From assembly GCF_001194135.2 (NCBI RefSeq), contig NC_068993.1:53778940-53812120 (forward strand): a stretch of 33,181 nt of DNA, read 5' to 3'. Shown here in pieces: positions 22,215 to 33,181 of this stretch; the first letter of the stretch is position 1; each line of letters begins with the position of its first letter. This stretch comes from Octopus bimaculoides (lineage: Eukaryota). The translations under genes and the position numbers were made by a program. The notes beneath the pieces are model-generated. The model saw only the letters and a list, made by a program, of their open reading frames with translations. It was not told the DNA's origin and made no database searches.

Positions 22215-22355
22215 TCTGTCTGTCAAGTTTTCCCCTCACAGGGCTTCGGCCAATCCGAGGCTATAGAAGAGAAACACTTGCCCAAGATGTCGTGCAGTAA
22301 GATCGAACCCGAAACTAAATGATTATGGAGCGAACTTCGTAACTAATCCACCAGA
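22215..22355 (-). mobile_element. SINE family B, 5' half
   Basis: The reverse complement contains GGGTTCGATCTTACTGCACGACATCTTGGGCAAGTGTTTCTCTTCTATAGCCTCGG. Confidence 0.8.
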
Positions 22356-22367
22356 TCTACGCATATG

Positions 22368-22517
<150 letters not shown>

Positions 22518-23419
22518 GGGCGGTATATACTAAAACCTAAGCATAATCGTGTTACTATGCATCTTTCGTTTAATTCCGCTCACTTTGTCCTGTTTCAGCT
22601 CATTTCTTATGTCTGCAGATATAACTTACTATAAAGAATTTATACTTGTTTTTCTTATCTTAACTTTCTGTGACATTTTCACATCATTCGATATCACACA
22701 CCAAACAGAATTCTGGTTCACTGCGAGGGCGTTATGTTAGAAACTTAAGGGAAAACATTAAAGGATGAAAGTAGAATCATACATAAGAAGCTCTTTAACT
22801 CTTTAAAACATAGCATCTGAATAATGTTACAACGCCATCTTTCATTCTTCACATACGATGTACAAACGCCTTCTTATTTTCATTAAATACGTGTCACTTT
22901 TGGAGACATTTACAGTTTTGTTTGTAAATATTTTTCGATGGCTCGGGCAAGAAAAGAAAGGCAACACTCCTAAATTTCTGTAGGCCTTTCGAGGCAGGTT
23001 TAAGGAAAGGAAGAAAGGAACCACGCCTTGTGGATGATTGTATTCTAGGAAGGGACACTTAAAGATATCGAGAAATCATCAGATCAAAGTCCTGACTTTA
23101 ATACTGACAATAAAGTGGTCCTAGTTGAAAGTCCCTAAGGGCCAAGCATAAGTGTCATGCGTGATATTAGGTTTGTCACCCAATTCATATTGTTTTAGAA
23201 TATGGAACTAGTATATTGTGCACATTTAGTTCCGGTACTGTTTTATCTTCTCTACTCATCGATAAAATATTCTCAATGGATAACAACACACGGGAAAATA
23301 ATCGCCAAGCAAAGCATACACATTAGGTAGAATATTGTCGGTGAAGTAGTATAAATAAAACTAAAAATGCACAGAAATGCGTCAGGTGGCGCAATACAAG
23401 CTGAGCAAAGGCAATAAAA

Positions 23420-23440
23420 ACAACAACAATAATAAAAATC

Positions 23441-23485
<45 letters not shown>
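23420..23485. repeat. (AAC)n/(AAT)n microsatellite
   Basis: Directly visible. It explains the poly-N and poly-Y ORFs. Confidence 0.95.
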
Positions 23486-23487
<2 letters not shown>

Positions 23488-24494
23488 GAGTTAGACAACA
23501 AACTAATTTTATTTCGAAATTATGTTCCGCCATATTGCGACTGGTTAGAAAACCCACCGAGTCCATTGTTTCATAATAAAAATTAGCAATAAAATTTAAT
23601 TATAAAGCCAAGCCATAAATATTTGTTATAAAAATTAACCGCAAAGTTATGTAGATCGTTGATCGCCATCTCAGTATCTATAACAAACATAAATTAGTTT
23701 ACAATTGTTACTCTACTTCTAAGGTAAGCATTCAGTAATTGGAGTCACAGATTTTACGAGAGCAATACTACAAGATAGTTTAAAGCAAGTATTTATTCAT
23801 AGATCAGTAAAACGATATGTTTCTAGCAGATCTATGTGTATCGATGCCGTCTCCTTCAATGATGACAATGTGCGTAGACATTGTTATACAAGGCAGGTCA
23901 GATAAAGGAACCGTAGCATCTAAATGACATCTAACTAAAATACTGACATTTTGAACAGATCTTCACCTTATTTCGATCACAGGTCAACTATGTTAAAGTA
24001 TCAAGTGACATTATCATTTTCTTAACTAAGAAGAGACCACGCTGATAATACAGATCGGATAAACACGTTCCTCCCTCTAAATATGTAATCATATCCTTCG
24101 TTAAACCACACAACTCACTTATGTATTATTCGCAAACTCATCCTCAGTGGAAAAGCCGAGGACAACCTAATATTCTAATGCGCAAAAAGTTTGTCCAGGA
24201 GAGCTTTTATTTTCATTTTCTATGTCAGTCATCTGTGGATGTTATTTGGGTGTGACCTTTGATTATACGGAGTGCACCATTCTAAGTTCTTTTTAGTCGA
24301 TCGTGATTTATTGTGGAGATATTGGGACAGAAGAGATTGATAGAACTCACAATAGATCTAGTATACGGCTATTATATTAGTATTGTTGTAATTTTGTGTA
24401 GAGGAAATGCATCGCTAGGTCTGTGCGTCATGTGTAACATTGTTTTTTTTTTCTTTTCACGGTCTTTTCTGATCTGTGAATATTTTAAAGTAGG

Positions 24495-24740
24495 TAACGT
24501 AACCAAAACGCATCACAATAAAATATACCATAATAATATGTCACAACAGTACATGTCTCAAAAACAAGGGCTATAATAACACGTCACAATGACGTGTCAC
24601 AGTTTCACGTCAATCATTATAACACGTACAAATAACACATGTTGAAACAATATACGGCACAATAACATATGTCACAGTAGCACATGTAATACTGGAACAT
24701 GTAAGAATAATTAAACACTTCATTAAGGCACAATATACAA
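24495..24740 (+). repeat. Highly degenerate minisatellite (AATAACACGTCAC-like, about 13 bp)
   Basis: Recurring AATAACACGTCAC, AATGACGTGTCAC, AATAACATATGTCAC and TAGCACATG variants. Confidence 0.55.
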
Positions 24741-24919
24741 TGCTAATAAACAAACTAACCTCAGAGTTAGAGCAACGGACCTACTTCTAGAGTCTGTAAC
24801 GTTCCTTATGAGCACCGCAAGGATACATCCTACCACCCTCTTTTATGGTTATGTTTACACGACCTTCCCATACTTCCCCTAAAATATTTACATCATATGA
24901 AGATGCTATCACAATTTTC

Positions 24920-25235
24920 TCCAAGACGAGGGTGCGCAACTGTTCTCACCTTATTTAAACTTCTGACAAACCTATTTTAAAATGAAAACAATAAAACTAA
25001 GAATACCACTTGACTAGTTTTACCGCCTCTCTTCTTAGCAGCAGCACCGAAGAGCATCAAAAAATACTAGAAAGTTCGATTTGAAAAAAAGTCAATATCC
25101 ATGCAGGCACTTGGGAACTTATGGTAACTAGGAGAGCGTCATGGAGAAAAATACTGAACTCCATTAAAGACAATCCCATTAAACGTGAAATTAAAACTAG
25201 ACATTACGTTTATAAATTTGTGTTGCAAACTTCCT
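24920..25235 (+). pseudogene. Heavily decayed RTE LINE fragment
   Basis: RRGCATVLTLF (cf. RT motif QGCVLAPTLF), then after a large deletion KVNIHAGTWELMVTRRASWRKIL (cf. the RTE C-terminal W....DR..WR motif). Confidence 0.55.
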
Positions 25236-25611
25236 GATGTGAAGTCGTGTGTTGAAACAAATATTGTTGTATCTCAGCACGGTCATTTTCTTTTTGCCAA
25301 ATAAACACATGGACTATATATTTGTTCTTCACTCGTTTATTACTGTTCTTATTTCAACTCATGTGCATCGTCCGGAAATCTTTCGTCACACATCTGTGAC
25401 CTCCTCAGTGTGTCTTAGTGTGTGCTCTTGCTCTGCTTTTTCCATTCTGTTCTTCTATGATGTGCATCCTTATATTCGCATGTGTCTATAGACAATTATA
25501 AAATAATTACTATATAGATATCATTAATCTCTTTAACTATTCAGCTTGTAATTGACCTTGCATATCTAAGATTAATCTTGTCAGAAAATCGAGGAGGGTA
25601 GATAATCTAAG

Positions 25612-25860
25612 GTAAGCTACCAACTGCAGAATACATATTTGTCAGCCATGTAAAAATAGATTTTTCTGTTGGTGGTTTGGAAAGCTACGTTCTGGACACA
25701 ATGCCAAATGTTAAGCTTCTGCATTGCATCCAACATAGAAAAGTGATTTATGTGATAGATGTGGTAAAACCATCGCAAGAACATTGCTAAAAAGTCATCT
25801 TCACTTTGAAGCTCATTTAGAAGCAACGCTCACAACACTGAATCGACTTTCAATCTTTTC
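25612..25860 (+). pseudogene. Possible hAT (Charlie/Buster-like) transposase remnant
   Basis: Open stretch ..GGLESYVLDTMPNVKLLHCIQHRKV..DVVK resembles the hAT P.V...HC..HR (CxxH) motif. The downstream ..TTLNRL resembles ..GKVLNRL. Similarity was judged by eye only. Confidence 0.35.
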
Positions 25861-25963
25861 ATCGGAATATATNNNNNNNNNNNNNNNNNNNNNNNNNNNN
25901 NNNNNNNNNNNNNNNNNNNNNNNNNNNNNNNNNNNNNNNNNNNNNNNNNNNNNNNNNNNNNNN

Positions 25964-26000
<37 letters not shown>

Positions 26001-26863
26001 CTGTCTGTCGATCTATCTATCTACATGTTTGTATGTATGTATGTGTGAATGTATCTATCTCTAATTTCTCTCGCTCTCTCTCTAATATATATATATATAT
26101 ATATATATGCATCCATCAATTCATCTATACATACATCCATCCATACCTACATACACATGAAAATAAAACCAATGACAATGGAGTACGCAGATCCTTTTCT
26201 TTCATCGATTTACAATTGCCTCATCTAAAATCGATCTCATGAGAGTTATTATATCATTATGCAATAAGATATGCAATCATTGATACATGAGGTGTCATAG
26301 ACACAAAAATTGATGATCGATTCTTCGGCATCATTCATAAAGGTTATTTGCAGTGGAAACTGCGCGTATTTAAAGGGTTACATTTACATATTACAAACTA
26401 AACCAAACCAAGCAAAACAAACCTTGCTCATGAGAACGATTTTCGCTGAAACAATTGTAAAGCTATGAAATAAAAATAGTTGCTCTTTCCACTTGATTAT
26501 AATAGTAGGAACTCCGCGGATATTTATATGGATTTTCGGGCCCATATTTAATATAAAAAAATAAACAATCGCCGGATTGCCATCTGTCTGAATGCCTGAA
26601 CTCGTAGAAAAGAAATTTATATATATATATATATATATNNNNNNNNNNNNNNNNNNNNNNNNNNNNNNNNNNNNNNNNNNNNNNNNNNNNNNNNNNNNNN
26701 NNNNNNNNNNNNNNNNNNNNNNNNNNNNNNNNNNNNNNNNNNNNNNNNNNNNNNNNNNNNNNNNNNNNNNNNNNNNNNNNNNNNNNNNNNNNNNNNNNNN
26801 NNNNNNNNNNNNNNNNNNNNNNNNNNNNNNNNNNNNNNNNNNNNNNNNNNNNNNNNNNNNNNN

Positions 26864-26914
<51 letters not shown>

Positions 26915-27308
26915 AAGAGAGATAGATATTGATATAGGAGTAGAAAGGTATGAAATGGGTGTCACAGAGGGACATATGAAAAGAATCACGAGGTAAACAG
27001 AAACAACACAACCGCATTGAACTCCTCATCCGTTGTTTATCAAATATCATAATAATTTTGACACCTTTTGAAGACTTAGCATTGGATAATACATATGAGT
27101 TAAATCAATCGTAGTGTGTGCGTGTGTACGTGCGTGTGTGTGTATGTGTGTTGCTTTCACCTGACCGAGTTTTATCTGTTTCTTGCCTACAACAAATCTA
27201 TCAATGAATAATACCACATGTGGCTTGGAACAATTGTAGTACTAAGTCTTAAACAAAGCATATAAATTCACACACATACGTATGTATGTATGTGTGTATA
27301 TATATGTG

Positions 27309-27344
<36 letters not shown>

Positions 27345-27356
27345 CANNNNNNNNNN

Positions 27357-27388
<32 letters not shown>

Positions 27389-27730
27389 GTGTGTGAGTCT
27401 GTGTCTGTGTGTGTGTGACTTATTCATGTTAGTTAGTATATAGGCTCTCTTCTATGCTTTACCTTGCTTGTTTATACATGTTTAAAATTTTACCTGAGGA
27501 CGGTAGATTTAAATAAGATAAGAATGAAATCATTCCTAATGTGATGTATATTAATACTATGTAATATTTCTGTGAAATCCTTTTGACTCCTGAAAATATG
27601 TTTCTAAACCACGAAACATTTAGCCCATTCGGTCTATTGTAGAATATGAATGTAAAAATATAACCTATGTTTAAAAGTCTATTGCGATCAGTTGATAAGT
27701 TTTATGTATGTATGTATGTATGTATGTATG

Positions 27731-27840
27731 GCATTGTTTAATTTTATTTCAAGATTTTTTGCCAATAGAGAAAAAACCGCTTCCTAACCTAGATCCAAGG
27801 CTCCTTCACTGGAATTTCAACATCAAAAACAGGGTATTTT
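27731..27840 (+). mobile_element. 110-bp interspersed repeat flanked by (TATG)n on both sides
   Basis: A non-microsatellite island between (TATG)n at 27703-27730 and 27841-27870. It resembles a recurrent octopus repeat I recall. The family is unassigned. Confidence 0.4.
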
Positions 27841-29287
27841 TGTATGTATGTATGTATGTATGCATGTATGTGCAGATTTGTATGCTTTATGCATGTATTC
27901 TCATGCATATAGTTGCATATGTATGTATGTATGGATGGATGGATCGATGGATGGATCGATGGATGGGTGTGTGTGTGTGTGTGTGTGTATGTGCGAGAGC
28001 GTGTGCGTGCGTGTGTGCAATATGCTAGCTTGCAAGAGTGTATATATTTCATTAGTATCAGGTTCGTTATACAATACTTTCAGCGCTATGATGTCAGCAG
28101 TTTAACATGGATACTCGCAGTGATCCTTGTCGTAGGTCACACTACTGAGTAACTATACTTGCTGATAGTTTACTGTTGTTGTTGTTGTTGCTGCTGTCAT
28201 TGTTGGTGGTGGTAATGGTGTTGTTTCCTTGTTGTTCTCGTCGTTGTCGAGGTCACCATCATCTCATTGTCATCATTTCCAATTTTTGTAATGTTTATAA
28301 ACCTAGCTGCGAGTTAATCTCCGCCATGAATCTACTAATAACAATTCGTCAAGTCACTCATTTCTGTGACCTTTCAGTTGGCGAATCAAATGTGATTGAA
28401 TAAAACACTCGCACTCGGGGCAGATAACCATTTTTTCTTTTTTTTCATTAATTATATTGTCAAAAACTGGGGAGCTGCGATGCTCAAGTGCGCAATAATT
28501 TATTATGAGAAACTGGCGAATGTTGAGTATATGAAACAATATTTTCTTGAATATGTGAATACGTAAGCACTAGCAATTAAAAAAAGGTCACGAAATGTAT
28601 TGAACGGTGTTTGTGTGTGTGTGTGTGTATGTGTGTGTGTGTGTGTGCGTGTGTGTGTGCGTGTGTGTGTGAGTGCATGTGCGTATATATGCATACATGT
28701 ATTTATATATATGACAGTATTTAATAATTGAAGAGACGGCCTTCTTCTGTAAAGAAGTGGCAACCATCATATATNNNNNNNNNNNNNNNNNNNNNNNNNN
28801 NNNNNNNNNNNNNNNNNNNNNNNNNNNNNNNNNNNNNNNNNNNNNNNNNNNNNNNNNNNNNNNNNNNNNNNNNNNNNNNNNNNNNNATATATATATATAC
28901 ATACATATATATATACACATATATATATTATATACATGCATAGACAAACTCGAACGCAAGTACATGTTTCATGTGTGAAAAATTTCAATGACCAACAGTC
29001 AGCAGTAACAGAAGCTGACTAACTTCGTTTTTCAAATCTATTTTTACATTTTATATTGAAATATCGCAATCTTGCAATCAACAGCACTAAAATACTTCGT
29101 TAAACTTAAGTTACCCATACAACTTTTGTATCATTTAGTGCGAAATCGTATTTTACACTGGCTTTACTTGTTTGCATTGGTGTCTGACGTATTGTCGTTT
29201 TTTATGTGTCAGTCTTTAAACATATTTCTTTGCTGCGGTGCTTTACTCCAACAGCTGGAGTGTAGGTCGGGCATATATATATATATA

Positions 29288-30543
29288 CAGGGTGTGTAAG
29301 GTATTTGAGGAGAGATTTATGTTTATAAAAAAAAACAGATATATAGTAACAGATAATAACTTTATTTATCAAAAAATGCTATGAGGTAAAGAAATAAACC
29401 TTTTCTATATTGTTATTCAATAAAGCCAACTTCAGCTTCAACAACTGCTTCTATATGAGATCTAAATCATCTACATGCTCGAATCATGTGGTCTTGGTTA
29501 ATTTTGGACATTAATCTCACTATGGTAGCTTTCAAAGAATCTTTGGTGTTATGGGCGTGTTCGTTGACCTCACTCTCAACAACGCTCCACATGTAATAGT
29601 CCAATGGATTGAGATCTTGGGAATTAGGAGGTCAAATGTTAGAGGTTATGTGATCATGAAAATTTTCAACCATCAATTCCTGTGTTACTAGAGCCATGTG
29701 TGATAGTACAGAGTCTTACTGAAGCACATGTGGCCTTCCATTGCCTACACTGTCTATCTAGGGCTTAACAATTATTTCCAGAACCTCAATGTAGGCGGCA
29801 GAGTTAACTCTAAGGCATTGTGGAAAGAAGTAAGGAGACATCACATGCCCTTCATAGCTGACAAGCCCTAAAACCATGACATTTGCAGGAAATTTTGATG
29901 CATAACACTTGGAACTTCAGAAGGGCCTGCACATAACCGTCTGTCATTTCTTCTGTTAACTTTTTGATATCGGTTGAAGTTTTTCTTGTTTAAGAAAAAT
30001 CAAATCAAATCTTCTGCTGGATTTTCAGTTTGTTTAAGAGCCTTTTAGATCCGATGTAATGATTTTCTTTTGCTTTTCCTGACGAATTGACCTTTCTTCA
30101 TCATATAAGACGTATATCTGATGTCTTCGTGGACAATATATCTGACTGTTCCTTCTGACGCATGGAAATCTTTTTCAATTGACCTCGTGGACTTTCTGGG
30201 ATTGTAAACAATGGTCCGTTGAACTTACTGGATAAATTCAGGTGTTCTGATGATTTCAGAGCGTTTAGGATGTTTTTATGCTTTGATACTAGTGAAACAT
30301 TTCCATCTTCAGTCTCTAGCTCCTTACAAACTTTGTAGACGAAAGATCTGGCAACTTTTAAAAATCGAGATATTTCTAAAACACTATGCCCAGCCTTTAT
30401 AATCACAGTAACGGCATGCCTCTTCATTTCTTGAGTAAGCTGAGAGTCTACTGTTATTATTTTGTGAAAAGATTATACAGAGTTAGCAAAAAATGCAGCA
30501 ATAGCCCCAAAAAGTTATGTCCTCAAATACCTTATGCACCCTG
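29288..30543 (-). mobile_element. Full-length Tc1/mariner-superfamily DNA transposon, maT (DD37D) family, 1256 bp
   Basis: 24-bp TIRs CAGGGTG(TG/CA)TAAGGTATTTGAGGA (22/24 identical), TA flanks inside (TA)n, and one transposase pseudogene. Confidence 0.95.
29413..30427 (-). pseudogene. maT/DD37D transposase pseudogene
   Basis: MKRHAVTVIIKAGHS..VHEDIRY..LI*FFLNKKNF..KVNRRNDR..KFPANVMVLG..VLQ*DS..I*PPNSQDLNPLDYYMWS..GFIE*. I counted 37 residues between the second and third catalytic D. The first D is mutated to N, and there are at least 5 stops plus frameshifts. Confidence 0.93.
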
Positions 30544-30547
30544 TATA

Positions 30548-30591
<44 letters not shown>

Positions 30592-31639
30592 AACCAGTCA
30601 TTGATATTATTATTAGTCTTACGTCACTTTTATGAGTGCTGACGAGTGCAAGTTTCAATATCAGTCTTTTTAAATATAGATGAGTGGAAAAACTGCTTTA
30701 GAGTTCGAAGATTTTCAGTCAGATGGTACCTATTCATGAAATACTGTCATTTGTAGATTCAAATTTGAGCCCCCAAGAAATACAATGAATGAATGTAAAA
30801 TCCAATTAATGCCAGGAGTGATAATGTTCGTACTTACTGGCATCTCCTTTAATTAGTATCTCCATAGCATCTATTAATTACTACCTTCTCCAGCTATTGG
30901 ATTCTCTTCAATTAATGAGTGTCATTTCCACTGGTCGGCCCCGCCTTCTCTCATCCAATTCTCTCAAATTACTATTTAGCACCTTCATTACAACGTTTTG
31001 TAAGTTGAAATTCCTGTTGTTTGTGTTGTGTTTAACTCTTGTGCCGATCACTTAGCACCTGACACGTTTGCTCGTAACTATACAACACTTTCATAATGAC
31101 AGGTGTCACCATGTAACATTCACATGTCACTACCCCTCCGTCTGTCTGTCTGTATGTCTCTCTTTCTCTCTCTCTCACCTATCTTTCTCTCTCTCCCTCT
31201 TCTTTCCACCTACACTTTGTCACACACCCAAATTTCTTTCTCGCTTTTAACACGTTCACTTCGGATATATGGAAACTCTACATCAAATCGAAAATACATG
31301 CACACACACGCACACACAAGCACACAAATACAAACACACACAGTAGTAACCCACAGCCCTGTAGAGAAATGCACTGACACGTATCTCATTAATAAGTTAG
31401 GGTGGACTTGTGTGGGTGTGGTTCATAGCCTCTTGTATCATTGGTGCAAAAGCTGTTTTTAGTGATAGCAAATAGAACAAGTTTATTAAAGACTCTTTGT
31501 AAATTAGTCGGAATGCCTTGAGCAGAAGTGGTTCGCATGTGGTCTAGGATACATGTAAGTAACAATAGTGGTTAGTGGTAGTGGTGATGGTGGTGGTTGT
31601 GGTGGTGGTAGTAGTAGTAGTATTTTATTACCAACTTAT

Positions 31640-31929
31640 AACCAACTTATGAGGAAGAAAGTATTTTGCGACCCTACCAAGAAAGCTTAGACTTTTGGAC
31701 GTTCTTTTTGCAATCTTACGGACGTGCAGCTACCAAAATTAACCATAAATTGTCAAACCTAGTATTTTGTAGGAACTTTGAGAGACTTTGCAGTGCGTTG
31801 ATCATACCAAGAGAAAATGCGGAACATAATTGTTTCCTGGATACGAGTCGTGATTAACAGGTTTCTGACCTGTCAAGGGAGACCGAACTGTCATGTCTCT
31901 AATGAAGAATGCTATAAAGATCTCAGCAC

Positions 31930-31935
<6 letters not shown>
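31640..31935 (-). mobile_element. Penelope-like fragment (second, partially tandem unit)
   Basis: Shares TGTCTCTAATGAAGAATG(C/T)TAT(A/G)AAGAT with about 32503-32530. It translates to ..DLYSILH*.. (cf. NL.DILVH). Confidence 0.5.
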
Positions 31936-31968
<33 letters not shown>

Positions 31969-32224
31969 NNNNNNNNNNNNNNNNNNNNNNNNNNNNNNNN
32001 NNNNNNNNNNNNNNNNNNNNNNNNNNNNNNNNNNNNNNNNNNNNNNNNNNNNNNNNNNNNNNNNNNNNNNNNNNNNNNNNNNNNNNNNNNNNNNNNNNNN
32101 NNNNNNNNNNNNNNNNNNNNNNNNNNNNNNNNNNNNNNNNNNNNNNNNNNNNNNNNNNNNNNNNNNNNNNNNNNNNNNNNNNNNNNNNNNNNNNNNNNNN
32201 NNNNNNNNNNATATATATATATAT

Positions 32225-32490
32225 AGTCAATTCAAACATGAACAAGCAAGAAAAACACGAATAAACAACAACAAGAGGACGTAGAATAAGTACAGTGTTA
32301 TTGGACGATCAGGAAAGGAAAGAAAAGAAAGCAGATGTAACGTTTCGATCGGAGATCTTCGTCAGAAATATAGGAAAAGTCCAAAGAAGGGAAGACAAAG
32401 AAAGAAAATCGCCAACGATGCACACGCGGTAGGCACACTCAAACACAAACACATTGTTCACGTGTGAAAAATTTCAATGACCAACAGAGA
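32225..32490 (-). mobile_element. Penelope-like pseudo-LTR carrying a hammerhead motif
   Basis: T-rich on the minus strand, lies downstream of the PLE ORF fragment, and contains the hammerhead at 32335-32370. Confidence 0.7.
32335..32370 (-). ncRNA. Minimal type I hammerhead ribozyme, core intact
   Basis: Minus strand reads tattt-CTGACGA-a-gatc(tcc)gatc-GAAA-cg-tt-acat. Stem II is a perfect 4 bp, stem III is the palindromic ACGT typical of PLE minimal hammerheads, and stem I is imperfect. Confidence 0.75.
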
Positions 32491-32960
32491 CCAGATTGTC
32501 TTGTCTCTAATGAAGAATGTTATGAAGATTTCTGTGCTAGATTGGCAAGTCTTCTGTAAATTGCAGAAACATTAAGAATAAGGAGTCGAAGTGTATGTTG
32601 TTAGATATAACAGCAAATAGGTCTTTATTGTGGAGAGGGAAGAATATAGGGAGACATAACTGAACACACAAGAGTTGATAGAATGTATTAATAGATAGAA
32701 AAGTGTTCTGTCGGCCTCACACAGAAACCATTCGTTCTGACTGTAAACTTCTGATTCAGAAGATGAAAAATGCAAGAAGTCCATAAGCGGGTATTTAAAC
32801 AAGGATGTCCTCAGAGGAGACACGAACGAAGGATTTGATCATGTTAAATACAACATCGAGTGTTTTTGCGAAATTATCAAAGTTGGGAGCAGTGGAGCTG
32901 AAGGGTGACATAATACAGCAAATCTTCGATAGACCTGCGTTCTCTTCAGCTTGTATGTTT
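32490..32960 (-). pseudogene. Decayed Penelope-like ORF fragment (post-RT linker)
   Basis: ..NKDLFAVISNNIHFDSLFLMFLQFTEDLPI*HRNLHNILH.. resembles the PLE linker ending P...Y.R..NL.DILVH. Similarity was judged by eye. Confidence 0.5.
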
Positions 32961-32994
32961 TTAGAAATGAGCAGTTTTCTCCTTCAAAAATTTA

Positions 32995-33130
32995 TATACA
33001 TACATACATTCATACATACATACATACATACATACATACACATACACACATATATACATACACATACATATATATATATACTTGTGAATGTGTGTGTGTG
33101 TGTCTCTGTGTGTATGTGTGTGTGTATATT

Positions 33131-33181
<51 letters not shown>
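32995..33181. repeat. (TACA)n then (TG)n microsatellite
   Basis: Directly visible. Confidence 0.97.

Noticed and set aside
30101-30427. 108-aa ORF as an intact gene
   Set aside because: It is the frameshifted N-terminus of the dead maT transposase.
30930-31060. GC-box (CCCCGCC), CCAAT and two TAGCACC words suggesting a promoter or miR-29-like sequence
   Set aside because: The motifs are short and common, with no miR-29 mature sequence or hairpin.

Overview
This is repeat-rich eukaryotic non-coding DNA from a gapped draft assembly, with 14 N-gaps, most bordered by microsatellites. The two dominant tRNA-derived SINE families match octopus genomic repeats I recall, so the source is most likely an octopus; that is recognition, not a database result. 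I found no intact protein-coding gene, rRNA, tRNA or CRISPR array, and the supplied ORFs are microsatellite or N-gap artefacts or pieces of decayed transposon ORFs. Supported content: a full-length but dead maT/DD37D Tc1-mariner element (29288-30543), three decayed RTE LINE pieces, several Penelope-like fragments with hammerhead-ribozyme motifs, about ten SINE copies, a Tigger-like MITE fragment, a possible hAT fragment, minisatellites and two long near-perfect hairpins. The most interesting observations are an RTE copy with a twin-priming-type 5' inversion, three dispersed minimal hammerhead motifs, an unexplained 184-nt nested hairpin next to a 21-bp minisatellite, a 128-nt foldback, and a nested retro-insertion with two target-site duplications (TSDs). 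Nothing here demonstrates a new biological system; these are candidates to test.
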